From the NCBI RefSeq assembly GCF_905205995.1, contig NZ_CAJLFU010000001.1: a stretch of DNA of 64,000 nucleotides; one strand, written 5' to 3'. Source of the DNA: an uncultured Haemophilus sp. GTDB lineage: Bacteria; Pseudomonadota; Gammaproteobacteria; Enterobacterales; Pasteurellaceae. Below the pieces are notes generated by a model. The model was not told the origin of the DNA. It did not search any database and worked only from the letters and a program-made list of their open reading frames with translations. Within the stretch, counting starts at the first letter, position 1. Each line of letters starts with the position of its first letter. Position numbers and translations under genes: made by a program. Below are positions 32,452-41,862 of this stretch, in pieces.

Positions 32452-32510
32452 ATAATGTTTATGATTCAATTTTAGAATTTATTATCTTATTAAAAGATTA
32501 TTACTACATA

Positions 32511-33200
32511 CTACAGTCTGTCTATCATCCCTAATACTAATGCCGAAGACTGTTTTGCAGCTAACGGTAAGAACTCTTCAAAAGACATACTCGCTTCGCC
32601 ATCTCCTGCATCAGAAATAGCTCGAACAACCACAAAAGGTACGTTAAAGGCATGACAAACTTGTGCAATCGCTGTTGCTTCCATTTCTACTGCAGTCACA
32701 TTGGGGAAATCAGCTTTAATTTGAGCAATTTTTTCTTCGCTATTAATAAAGCTATCACCCGAGCAAATTAAACCACGTTTTACATTTTGTCCTTGTGACT
32801 GTGCAATTTCATCGGCTAAATCGGCTAATTTTTGATCAGAAAGGAAAGCCGCTGGATTGGCGGGCAACTGACCTTTTTCATAGCCAAATGCCGTCACATC
32901 GGCATCGTGATAGCGGGTTTCATCCGAAATAACGATATCTCCTACTTTTAAACCTTTTGCGACACCGCCTGCTGACCCGGTATTTAAAACCACATCCGGT
33001 TTAGCTAATTGTAATAAAGCGGTAGTGCCAATAGCCGCAGCGACTTTACCAATCCCAGATTGCAATAATGCGACTTCTTTACCATTAATTTTGCCTTCAA
33101 AAATGACAGCACTTGCCACTTTTGTTTCTCTTTTATCTATCATTAATTGGGATAAAATTTCCACTTCTTGTACCATTGCACCAACAATCCCGATTTTCAT
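32511..33200 (-). CDS. mtnN: 5'-methylthioadenosine/S-adenosylhomocysteine nucleosidase
   Basis: [14 protein letters not shown]...; 229 aa. Confidence 0.9.
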   Translation of the reverse strand: MKIGIVGAMVQEVEILSQLMIDKRETKVASAVIFEGKINGKEVALLQSGIGKVAAAIGTTALLQLAKPDVVLNTGSAGGVAKGLKVGDIVISDETRYHDADVTAFGYEKGQLPANPAAFLSDQKLADLADEIAQSQGQNVKRGLICSGDSFINSEEKIAQIKADFPNVTAVEMEATAIAQVCHAFNVPFVVVRAISDAGDGEASMSFEEFLPLAAKQSSALVLGMIDRL

Positions 33201-33916
33201 TATTTTTTCCTTTCTTGTTCGAGTTTATTCACTAAGAAATCTAATACTGCTACGCCATAATCATCGTTATACAGCGTACTCGCGGTGAGAACATATTTTC
33301 CGCCCACAACCACATAAGGGAAAGTAAAAACACCATATTCTTCTGTCAAATAAATGGCGTTACTCACATCCTCTTTCACTTCTTTGGAATGGACGATTTT
33401 ATTAAATTCAGCTTTACTAATCCCTTGTGAGACGACCCATTCACGCATCTTATCTAATGTGGATAATTCGGTATAGCGTGCCTTTTCAGAAGTTTCAAAT
33501 AACAGCACATCTGACAGCTCACCCACTTTTAAACGCTGTAATGTATAGAATATTGTCGCTGAAAATTTAGCTTCGTTTGTAGCAACTGGATGCTCTTCTA
33601 ATGCCACTTTATTAGGACGAATTTGGCTATAAAGTTGCAAAATATCTTGAGCTGAAGAACAAACTCGGCAGTCGTAATCAAAGAAAAATTGGATAGGAAT
33701 TTTACGATCGTTTCTTTTAGCTTGTTCAATCGGTTCTTGATACGAAAAATAATCTCGACCATCTTCAAATTGTGCCACATTCGCTGGCGGTAAGTGCGGT
33801 GAATTTTTGGCAGAAAAATCCTTTGCATTGACTTCACCGAATGCGACATTTGTCACACTCAGCAATATCATTGCAAAGGATCCTTTTAATAATTTATTCT
33901 GCCAAACTTTTTTCAT
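33200..33916 (-). CDS. DsbA-family periplasmic thiol:disulfide oxidoreductase (atypical CRVC active site)
   Basis: Signal peptide. [12 protein letters not shown] aligns with the DsbA FFSFFCPHC motif; the C-terminal …YVVVGGKYV resembles the DsbA VVNGKY motif. Confidence 0.55.
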   Translation of the reverse strand: MKKVWQNKLLKGSFAMILLSVTNVAFGEVNAKDFSAKNSPHLPPANVAQFEDGRDYFSYQEPIEQAKRNDRKIPIQFFFDYDCRVCSSAQDILQLYSQIRPNKVALEEHPVATNEAKFSATIFYTLQRLKVGELSDVLLFETSEKARYTELSTLDKMREWVVSQGISKAEFNKIVHSKEVKEDVSNAIYLTEEYGVFTFPYVVVGGKYVLTASTLYNDDYGVAVLDFLVNKLEQERKK

Positions 33917-33919
33917 AAA

Positions 33920-35644
33920 TTAACCAATTGGTTCAATATAATCGACTAATAATTGGAGGTTTCGATTTCCACGAAACTCATTAATTTCTAACTTATAAGC
34001 AAATTTTGCCTGCTTAATCGACAAATCGGGATAATACCGAGTATCGATATTAAACGCAATGGCATCTAATAATGGACCGCCATTTTTAGGCTCTACGAGC
34101 ATTTTTAAATGATTTTGATTTTGCCCGATAGCACGTTGCTCAAAAATTTTAAATTCACCATCAAAAACAGGCTCAGGAAAGGCTTGTCCCCAAGGTCCGC
34201 CAGATTTTATCACTTCTGCAGTTTCAATACTAAATTCATTTACTTGAAGTTCGCCATCCGTCCAAATCACACCTTGTAATTGATCTTCATTTAACCAATC
34301 TTGCACCGTTTGATTAAAAATCTTTTGAAAATCAGGGAAAAAGCTTTCTTTAATGCTTAATCCTGCTGCCATGGCATGACCACCAAATTTTAAAATCATA
34401 TCAGGATGTTGGGAATGAATACGCTCTAATACATCGCGCATATGCAAGCCTTCAATTGAACGCGCAGAACCTTTTAAAATGCCTTCTTGATCTTGTGCAA
34501 AAGCAATAACGGGTCGATGGTATTGATCTTTGATTCGAGAAGCCACAATACCTAATACACCTTGATGCCAATCTGGCTGGAATAAGGCGATCCCCATCGG
34601 TAATTCATCAGAAAGTGCGGTGAGATTTCGGCAAATTTCTAAGGCTTCTAACTTCATGCCTTGCTCAATTTCTTTTCGAGCCTGATTTAAACTGTCTAAA
34701 TCCAAGGCTTGGGCTCTTGCCTCTTGCATGCTTTCTGCAAGTAATAACTCCACACCGACAGACATATTATCTAATCGACCCGCTGCATTTAAACGTGGGG
34801 CAATCGCAAAGCCCAAATCAGCTGAACAAAGTTTTTCAACTTCTCGATTAGCCACTTCAGCGAGAGCAATAATTCCTGGTCGACAACGTTTCGCACGAAT
34901 TCTCATCAACCCTTGATGGGCTAAAATACGGTTATTTTGATCAAGTGGAACAACGTCTGCAATCGTGCCGAGCGCGACTAAATCCAGTAACTCAGTAAAA
35001 TTAGGTTGTGTTTCAGCCGTAAAAATGCCAAACTCGCGAAATTTAGCACGTAAAGCGAGCATTAAATAAAACGCTACGCCCACACCGGCTAAACATTTTG
35101 AGGGAAAATCACATTGTTGCAAATTTGGATTAACAATGGCATCAGCATTCGGCAGTATTTCTGGTGGCAAGTGATGATCGGTAATCAACACCTTTACGCC
35201 TTGATCTTTTAAATACGCCACACCCTCACAAGACGATACCCCGTTATCCACCGTCATCAATAACTGCACGCCCTTTTCCATTGCCATTTCAGCAACAGGC
35301 ACACTCAAACCATACCCTTGCTCAAAACGATTTGGCACTAGATATTCCACATCAGTAAAGCCAAGCATACGTAAAGCTAACACTGAAAGCGCTGTACTCG
35401 TTGCCCCGTCTGCATCAAAATCACCGACAATAACAATCTTTTGTTGCTGTTGATAAGCATCAACTAATAAGCTCACGGCGTGTTGAATACCGTGTAATTG
35501 ATTGGGATTCAGCATTGATTGCAAAGTGCGGTCTAATTCTTGGCTATTTTTAATATGGCGAGAACGATAGAGACGATCGAGTAATGCATTATCTGAAACA
35601 GGATTTCCGGCAGGAATTTCACGACGTTTGATGAGTTTTTTCAC
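33920..35644 (-). CDS. recJ: single-stranded-DNA-specific exonuclease RecJ
   Basis: DHH motifs (IVGDFDADGATS; DHH); 574 aa. The dsbC-recJ-prfB order matches E. coli. Confidence 0.9.
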   Translation of the reverse strand: MKKLIKRREIPAGNPVSDNALLDRLYRSRHIKNSQELDRTLQSMLNPNQLHGIQHAVSLLVDAYQQQQKIVIVGDFDADGATSTALSVLALRMLGFTDVEYLVPNRFEQGYGLSVPVAEMAMEKGVQLLMTVDNGVSSCEGVAYLKDQGVKVLITDHHLPPEILPNADAIVNPNLQQCDFPSKCLAGVGVAFYLMLALRAKFREFGIFTAETQPNFTELLDLVALGTIADVVPLDQNNRILAHQGLMRIRAKRCRPGIIALAEVANREVEKLCSADLGFAIAPRLNAAGRLDNMSVGVELLLAESMQEARAQALDLDSLNQARKEIEQGMKLEALEICRNLTALSDELPMGIALFQPDWHQGVLGIVASRIKDQYHRPVIAFAQDQEGILKGSARSIEGLHMRDVLERIHSQHPDMILKFGGHAMAAGLSIKESFFPDFQKIFNQTVQDWLNEDQLQGVIWTDGELQVNEFSIETAEVIKSGGPWGQAFPEPVFDGEFKIFEQRAIGQNQNHLKMLVEPKNGGPLLDAIAFNIDTRYYPDLSIKQAKFAYKLEINEFRGNRNLQLLVDYIEPIG

Positions 35645-35747
35645 GGTGTTTTGTTATTTAAAATTATCACCTAAAGGAACATTTGATATGTGCTTTGATG
35701 ATATGAATATTTAAAGGGCGTATACAATACGCCCTCACTACTAAAAA

Positions 35748-36434
35748 TTATTGTGCTGATTCCTTCAATGCAGCTAATAAATCTTTGGGTTTCAAATATC
35801 CCCCAATCAATTCACCTGTTGAAGTCACAATACTTGGCGTACCTTGCACGCCGAGTTGTATACCTAAATCATAGTGTCTTTTCACAATATTAGGTGCTTT
35901 CAATTCTTTCGGTAAGTTACCTTTTTCAGCTTCGTTCAATGCAAATACAGGATCTTTCGATGTCCAAATGGCTTCCATTTGGCGAGCAGTTTCATTCATT
36001 CCACCACGTGGGAATGCAAGATAACGAACAGTAATACCTAAATCATTATATTCTTTCAGTTGTTGATGAAGGATATGGCAATAATGACAAGTAATATCCA
36101 TAAATACAGTCACAACATATTTTTCATTTTTTGCCGGATAAATGATCATTTCGCTTTTTAATGCATTCACTTTATCGGCTAAAAATTTACCCGCTACATC
36201 AACTGGGCCTTTATTTGTTAATTCATACATTTTGCCTTGCAAAACATATTGACCATTTTCGCTCACGTATAAAATGCCCTGATCAGTCACGGCTGTTTTA
36301 AGGCCTTTTACCGGTGAATCTTTCACTTCAATATTTTTTGCACCTAATGCCTGTAACTTCGATTTAATCTCAACATCACTCGCCATAGCAGTAGCTGAAG
36401 CAAAGATTAAAAGTGCGGTTAATAATTTCTTCAT
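35748..36434 (-). CDS. dsbC: thiol:disulfide interchange protein DsbC
   Basis: Signal peptide; active site ITCHYCH (CxxC); 228 aa. Confidence 0.85.
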   Translation of the reverse strand: MKKLLTALLIFASATAMASDVEIKSKLQALGAKNIEVKDSPVKGLKTAVTDQGILYVSENGQYVLQGKMYELTNKGPVDVAGKFLADKVNALKSEMIIYPAKNEKYVVTVFMDITCHYCHILHQQLKEYNDLGITVRYLAFPRGGMNETARQMEAIWTSKDPVFALNEAEKGNLPKELKAPNIVKRHYDLGIQLGVQGTPSIVTSTGELIGGYLKPKDLLAALKESAQ

Positions 36435-36562
36435 TTTTGTTCCTAAATATATCTAAACAACGAAGATTAGAATTATAAATGGATCGATAATTTGTGCAAG
36501 CCAAACTACCCAAAAAACTGAAAATGACTTATACTTCTGCCGCTTATAGAGGTTTATTTATT

Positions 36563-37661
36563 ATGTTTGAAATCAATCCAATCAAAAACAAAATCGCCGA
36601 CCTTTCCGAGCGCACTTCTGTGCTTCGGGGGTATCTTTGACTTCGACGCAAAAGTCGAGCGTTTAGAAGAAGTTAATGCCGAATTAGAACAACCCGATGT
36701 GTGGAACGAACCTGAAAAAGCCCAAGCACTTGGGAAAGAGCGCGTTTCACTTGAACAAGTGGTTAATACCATCAAGAATTTAGAACAAGGTCTAGAGGAT
36801 GTTGAAGGACTGCTTGAATTAGCCGTTGAAGCGGAAGATGAAGAGACCTTCAATGAGGCTGTGGCTGAATTAGATGAGCTTGAACAACAACTCGCAAAAT
36901 TAGAATTCCGCCGCATGTTTAGCGGTGAACACGATGCATGTGATTGTTATGTCGATTTACAAGCGGGATCTGGTGGTACAGAAGCACAAGACTGGACGGA
37001 AATGTTACTTCGCATGTACCTTCGCTGGGCAGAAAGCAAAGGCTTTAAAACAGAATTAATGGAAGTCTCTGATGGAGATGTCGCAGGTTTAAAATCAGCG
37101 ACGATTCGTGTCAGTGGTGAATATGCTTTCGGTTGGTTACGTACAGAAACCGGTATCCATCGTTTAGTGCGCAAAAGTCCATTTGACTCTAATAACCGTC
37201 GCCATACATCATTTGCAGCAGTTTTTGTTTATCCTGAAATTGATGATGATATTGATATTGAAATCAATCCGGCTGATTTACGCATTGATGTTTACCGTGC
37301 ATCTGGTGCAGGTGGTCAGCACGTCAATAAAACTGAAAGTGCGGTGCGTATTACTCACATGCCAAGTGGGATTGTCGTGCAATGTCAAAACGATCGTTCT
37401 CAACACAAAAATAAAGATCAAGCCATGAAGCAGTTAAAAGCGAAATTGTATGAGCTTGAGTTACAAAAGAAAAATGCGGACAAACAAGCGATGGAAGATA
37501 ATAAATCTGATATTGGTTGGGGCAGCCAAATTCGTTCTTATGTGTTAGATGATGCGCGTATTAAGGATCTCCGCACAGGCGTTGAAAATCGTAATACACA
37601 AGCCGTATTGGATGGCGATCTTGACCGCTTTATTGAAGCGAGCTTAAAAGCGGGACTTTAA
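36563..37661 (+). CDS. prfB: peptide chain release factor 2 (programmed +1 frameshift at codon 26)
   Basis: ATG at 36563. Frame 0 reads [25 protein letters not shown] then TGA. The shift site AGG GGG TAT CTT TGA C (CTT 36635-37, TGA 36638-40) with an upstream SD-like AGGGGG is the classic RF2 recoding site. The +1 frame continues [11 protein letters not shown]…SPGQ (…GGQHVNKT…). Confidence 0.9.
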
Positions 37662-37678
37662 TCATCTCTTTTATACAA

Positions 37679-37712
37679 AAAAAGTGCGGTCAATTTTAAC
37701 CGCACTTTTTTA
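37679..37712. terminator. bidirectional USS-pair terminator (aagtgcggtcaattttaaccgcactttttt)
   Basis: Perfect inverted USS between the convergent prfB and ycjF genes. Confidence 0.6.
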
Positions 37713-38780
37713 TTACACTTCTTCTTTTTCTTTCACTTTATTCTTGCCTAACACCACATCTTTCATCACCGTCAGCAATTCTTTTTGCACATGAGAAAGT
37801 TTTGGTTTTTCCGACTTTTCAAATGCCAGTGGACGACAAAACTCCATAGCCTTAATGCCCAATCGAGCGGTCAATAATCCCACGCCAAGCCCCTGCGCTG
37901 CTCGTGCTGAAAGTTTCGCAGTAATATCTTGTGAAAGCCAATCCATGCCTAAATCTTGCACGATTTCAGTTGCACCAGCAAAAGCAAGATTCACTAACAC
38001 CATTCTGAGTAAACGAAGGCGGGTAAAATACCCAAGCTCAATCCCATAAATCACTGCAATTTTATTGATTAAACGAATATTTCGCCACGCAATAAAAAAC
38101 ATATCAATAATGGCTAAAGGACTGATTGCCACAATCACCGCTGATTCTGCTGCCATTTTAGTAATCAGTTTTTTCGCTTTTTGATCAAAAGACTGTAACA
38201 CCGTTTGACTAAATAAATGGGTAACTTCGCGAGCTGAATAACTTTCATTCAACTGTTTTTCCCATTGGACAATTGCGGGATGTTGCGAATCCAATTTTAA
38301 GGTATCTGCAATCGATAAACACAAGGCTCTTCCTTTCTCACTATCCTGTTCAGAAAAAACGTGATGGTTTTTAACCGCACTTTCACCTATTAATCGCTGA
38401 CTTTGTTCTTGTAAATTTAAGCGTTTTTTAAGTTTCACCAAACGTCGCCATTCTGCGATGATTTCAGATAAACCAAACAACACAACGACAAAACTCACCA
38501 AGGCAAAAGCAAGATAAATCCATTGTTGATTTTGATAACTATCCCAAATCCATTGAACAGATTGCGCAACCGTCGCCCCTAAAAATAAAAGTGCGGTCAA
38601 TTTCAAAGCCGTTTTCCAACCACTCGGTTTAGGCTTCACAATTTGCTCAAATTGCTCGTCCAACAACTCCCCTTCTAAAGGTTCGTTATCGATGGTTGTT
38701 TCAACATTATAAAACTCCTGCTTAGGCAGAATTTCTTCCTCTTCGGGTTGGTGAGATTGTGTGAAAATTTGTTTTGTCAT
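37713..38780 (-). CDS. ycjF: UPF0283 inner-membrane protein YcjF
   Basis: Collinear with E. coli YcjF (acidic N-terminus, …VQWIWDSYQ…, TM segments, EWRRL). Likely start MTKQIFT; the ORF extends to 38861. Confidence 0.8.
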   Translation of the reverse strand: MTKQIFTQSHQPEEEEILPKQEFYNVETTIDNEPLEGELLDEQFEQIVKPKPSGWKTALKLTALLFLGATVAQSVQWIWDSYQNQQWIYLAFALVSFVVVLFGLSEIIAEWRRLVKLKKRLNLQEQSQRLIGESAVKNHHVFSEQDSEKGRALCLSIADTLKLDSQHPAIVQWEKQLNESYSAREVTHLFSQTVLQSFDQKAKKLITKMAAESAVIVAISPLAIIDMFFIAWRNIRLINKIAVIYGIELGYFTRLRLLRMVLVNLAFAGATEIVQDLGMDWLSQDITAKLSARAAQGLGVGLLTARLGIKAMEFCRPLAFEKSEKPKLSHVQKELLTVMKDVVLGKNKVKEKEEV

Positions 38781-38961
38781 TATTCTTTCCAATAAAAATA
38801 GAGACGGTATTTTACTTCGAATTTCTTTAGCAAATCTTAAATGGCTGAAATAAAAAAGCAATATTGACTAAAAAATAAAATGAGCTACTATAGCCATTGT
38901 CCACAATTAGTTTATCTAATGTGTTAAGTTTTAACTGTTAACTAACTAGAAGGATCTTTTC

Positions 38962-40068
38962 ATGAAGAAACTTATCGCCACTGCGGTGCTCTCCGCGTGT
39001 TCAATGGCTTATGCCAATACCGACATTCCAAACTACAATACCGATTCTCATCTGTATGAATTCACTCAAACTTATGACTTAGTTGCGCCAAAAGGTTCGC
39101 AAGGACAAGCGAATCTGTGGGTGCCTTTACCGTTTAATGGCGAGTATCAACAGGTAAAATCTATCCATTTTGAAGGTAACTATTTGGATGCCTATGTGAC
39201 AGAAAACAACAAATATGGTGCGAAAACCCTCTTTGCAACTTGGGATAAAGATGCACAAAAACGCGATTTAAAAATCACAATGGTGATTGAAACCAAAGAT
39301 CGCGAACCAATGGTTAAAGGTTTGTTGACGAATTACAAGCCACCAAAAGACGTTCACTATTCTGTTGATGTACAAGAATATTTAAAACCGACTCAACATA
39401 TTAAAACAGATGGTATTGTGAAACAGTTCGCCGATAAAATTGTAGGCACAGAAACCAATCCATTGAAAAAAGCTGAGTTGATTCACCAATGGATCGTCAA
39501 CAATATGGAACGTGATAATTCTGTTTTAGGCTGTGGTGATGGTGATGTAGAAAAAATCCTAACCACTGGTGTGCTAAAAGGCAAATGTACCGATATTAAC
39601 TCTGTTTTCGTTGCACTTGCTCGTGCCAGCGGTATTCCTGCTCGTGAAATTTTCGGTATTCGTTTAGGTGCGGCGGATAAAATGGGCAAATATTCCAAAG
39701 GTGCTTTCGGTAGTGCGGATGAACATGGCGTAGCAAACGTGAGTGGTGGTCAGCATTGTCGTGCTGAGTTCTATCTTGCTGGATTCGGCTGGGTGCCTGT
39801 TGATTCTGCAGACGTGGCAAAAATGCGTTTAGCAGAGAAAAAATCTATTGAAGATAGCGATACGCAAGCTGTAGCTAAATATTTATTTGGTAACTGGGAA
39901 GCAAACTGGGTTGGCTTTAACCATGCTCGCGACTTTGATTTATATCCGCAACCAGAACTTGCTCCACTCAATAACTTTGGCTATCCGTACGCCGAAATCG
40001 GTGGTGACCCGTTAAATTCATTTGATCCAAAAGAATTTAAATATGACTACGTCTCTAAAAAGCTCTAA
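38962..40068 (+). CDS. transglutaminase-like (TGc) periplasmic lipoprotein
   Basis: Lipobox LSAC. TGase core [30 protein letters not shown] (Cys), HCRAEFY (His), WVPVDSAD (Asp). Confidence 0.7.
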   Translation: MKKLIATAVLSACSMAYANTDIPNYNTDSHLYEFTQTYDLVAPKGSQGQANLWVPLPFNGEYQQVKSIHFEGNYLDAYVTENNKYGAKTLFATWDKDAQKRDLKITMVIETKDREPMVKGLLTNYKPPKDVHYSVDVQEYLKPTQHIKTDGIVKQFADKIVGTETNPLKKAELIHQWIVNNMERDNSVLGCGDGDVEKILTTGVLKGKCTDINSVFVALARASGIPAREIFGIRLGAADKMGKYSKGAFGSADEHGVANVSGGQHCRAEFYLAGFGWVPVDSADVAKMRLAEKKSIEDSDTQAVAKYLFGNWEANWVGFNHARDFDLYPQPELAPLNNFGYPYAEIGGDPLNSFDPKEFKYDYVSKKL

Positions 40069-40405
40069 TAAATCTTTTTGGGTTGCGATTGCCACCGCGC
40101 TAAGTGCTGCGGTGGCATCAACCTTGTGCTGCATTGCGCCTTTAATCTATTTAGTTTTTGGCGTGTCATCCACATGGTTGATTGGCTTGGGTGAATATGA
40201 TTATTTACGCATTCCTATGCTTATCGTTTCATTATGCGCCTTTGCCTACGGCTTTTGGTTGCTGATGTTTTCCAAAAAAATCATCTGCAGCAAATACATT
40301 TCCCGTAAAAAGCTCATTGTTTTGTATTGGATTGTATTTATCGTCATGATGTTTTTCTTAACTTATCCAACCATTTTACCGTGGATTTTAGAGCTTTCTA
40401 ATTAG
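40043..40405 (+). CDS. MerT-like membrane protein (mercuric-transport family, Cys-Cys motif in TM1)
   Basis: ...[18 protein letters not shown]... matches the MerT TM1 CC motif. 3 TM segments. The ORF opens at 40022 and overlaps the TGc gene in another frame; the internal ATG at 40043 is the likely start. Confidence 0.6.
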   Translation: MTTSLKSSNKSFWVAIATALSAAVASTLCCIAPLIYLVFGVSSTWLIGLGEYDYLRIPMLIVSLCAFAYGFWLLMFSKKIICSKYISRKKLIVLYWIVFIVMMFFLTYPTILPWILELSN

Positions 40406-40414
40406 GAACAAAAA

Positions 40415-40693
40415 ATGAAGAAATTAACGACCGCACTTTTGCTTTCATTATTCATCTTCTCTATTGCGCAAGCGGAAGAAACAAAGCAAGTTGTGCTAAA
40501 AGTGAATGAAATGAACTGCCAGCTTTGTGCTTATTTAGTGAATAAAGAGCTACGCAATATTGATGGCGTAATTTCCACTAAAGCCTCGATTAAAGATAGA
40601 ACGGTGACTGTTGTAGAAGATCCAAAAGTTTCCGATGAACAATTGATTAATGCGATTCATAAATTAGAATATACGGCAGAAGTAGTTAAATAA
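40415..40693 (+). CDS. MerP-like periplasmic heavy-metal-associated (HMA) protein
   Basis: Signal peptide. HMA fold with metal-binding site NEMNCQLC (CxxC). 92 aa. Confidence 0.65.
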   Translation: MKKLTTALLLSLFIFSIAQAEETKQVVLKVNEMNCQLCAYLVNKELRNIDGVISTKASIKDRTVTVVEDPKVSDEQLINAIHKLEYTAEVVK

Positions 40694-40707
40694 AGCGCTA
40701 GAAAAAT

Positions 40708-40763
40708 AAAAGTGCGGTCAATTTTGAGAAGTTTTAAAACTCATTAAATTTGACCGCACTTTA
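40708..40763 (+). terminator. USS inverted pair with long loop (aagtgcggtcaa…ttgaccgcactt)
   Basis: Direct and inverted USS 32 nt apart, downstream of the merP-like gene. Confidence 0.4.
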
Positions 40764-41144
40764 TATCTGGGTATTTAAAATTATATTCAACTCAAATATC
40801 AATCTATCCAATATTACCATCGTTTATTCCTAGCTTCAATTATCAAAACTAAAGTCGCCATTGCTGCGGATCCATTTAGCCAGAAATATGCCATTTTCTT
40901 AAAATCAGAAAAAGAATAACTATCAAGTTTTAGAAGTAGTTCAAACAAACTAAATGCTAATGTAGAAAATGTAAAACAAATAATAAATATAATTACCCAA
41001 AATATAAGGTATTGAAGCAATAGTTTAATTTTCAATATTCCCCCCTATATGTCCGCTCATTATCATCAAACACATTACTAATTTAAATATATTTATCAAA
41101 TAACTACCAATGGTTCGGTATAGTGTTGCCTTAGATTTAAACAC

Positions 41145-41178
41145 AAAGTGCGGTCAAAATTGACCGCACTTTTTTATC
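41145..41178 (-). terminator. USS-pair terminator downstream of sodC (aaagtgcggtcaaaattgaccgcactttttt)
   Basis: Perfect inverted USS with flanking T/A runs. Confidence 0.6.
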
Positions 41179-41192
41179 TTTCGATAATCGAC

Positions 41193-41753
41193 TTATTTAA
41201 TCACGCCACATGCCATACGTGGGCCGCCACCGCCAAGTGGAGCTGGATGATCTGAGTGGTTATCACCACCAGCGTGAATCATAATAGAGTGACCACGAAC
41301 TTCATCTAATTTTTTAAGACGAGGCGCTAAAACAGGGTTAGTTGCTGTACCATCATGTAATACAGTTAAAGCCGGTAAGTCACCTAAGTGAGCATCATCT
41401 TGCCATGGGTAACCGTGTTGTTTTGTACCTTTAGGATCCCAGTGACCGCCAGCCGCTAAACCTGCTGTTAATTTACCGTCTTTTTCTTTTGGATCACAGC
41501 TTGGATTTTCATGAATGTGGAAACCATGTAAACCTTCAGCTAAACCTTGTAGGTTTGGTGTAAACACTAAACCATAATTTGATTCAGTAATCGTTACAGT
41601 CCCTACATCTTTGTTACCATTTGCAGGATCTAATTGTTGTACTTTTACTTCGATTGAAGGACCTGCTGGTTTTGCCATATGGTCATGTGCATTTGCCACG
41701 CCAGCAGCACAAATTCCGCTGATTGCTAATGCTAAGAGAGTTTTCATTTTCAT
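41193..41753 (-). CDS. sodC: periplasmic Cu,Zn superoxide dismutase
   Basis: Signal peptide. His-rich N-terminal HDHMAKPAG. Cu/Zn ligands ([12 protein letters not shown]…; GGHWDP; HAGGDNHSD). The ORF extends to 41783. Confidence 0.85.
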   Translation of the reverse strand: MKMKTLLALAISGICAAGVANAHDHMAKPAGPSIEVKVQQLDPANGNKDVGTVTITESNYGLVFTPNLQGLAEGLHGFHIHENPSCDPKEKDGKLTAGLAAGGHWDPKGTKQHGYPWQDDAHLGDLPALTVLHDGTATNPVLAPRLKKLDEVRGHSIMIHAGGDNHSDHPAPLGGGGPRMACGVIK

Positions 41754-41862
41754 CATAAGCTCCTTTACTTTAGAAAGACTCAAGTTAATTCTACCTAAAT
41801 ACCAATAAAAAAATAGTGGTTTATATTAAATATTTGACAATTAAATTGATTTGATTTTTCTA

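Noticed and set aside
36554-36916. 120-aa minus-strand ORF that is Ser-rich, overlapping prfB
   Set aside because: It is antisense to the conserved prfB coding region. Its low-complexity poly-Ser composition arises from complementing GAA/GAG-rich codons.
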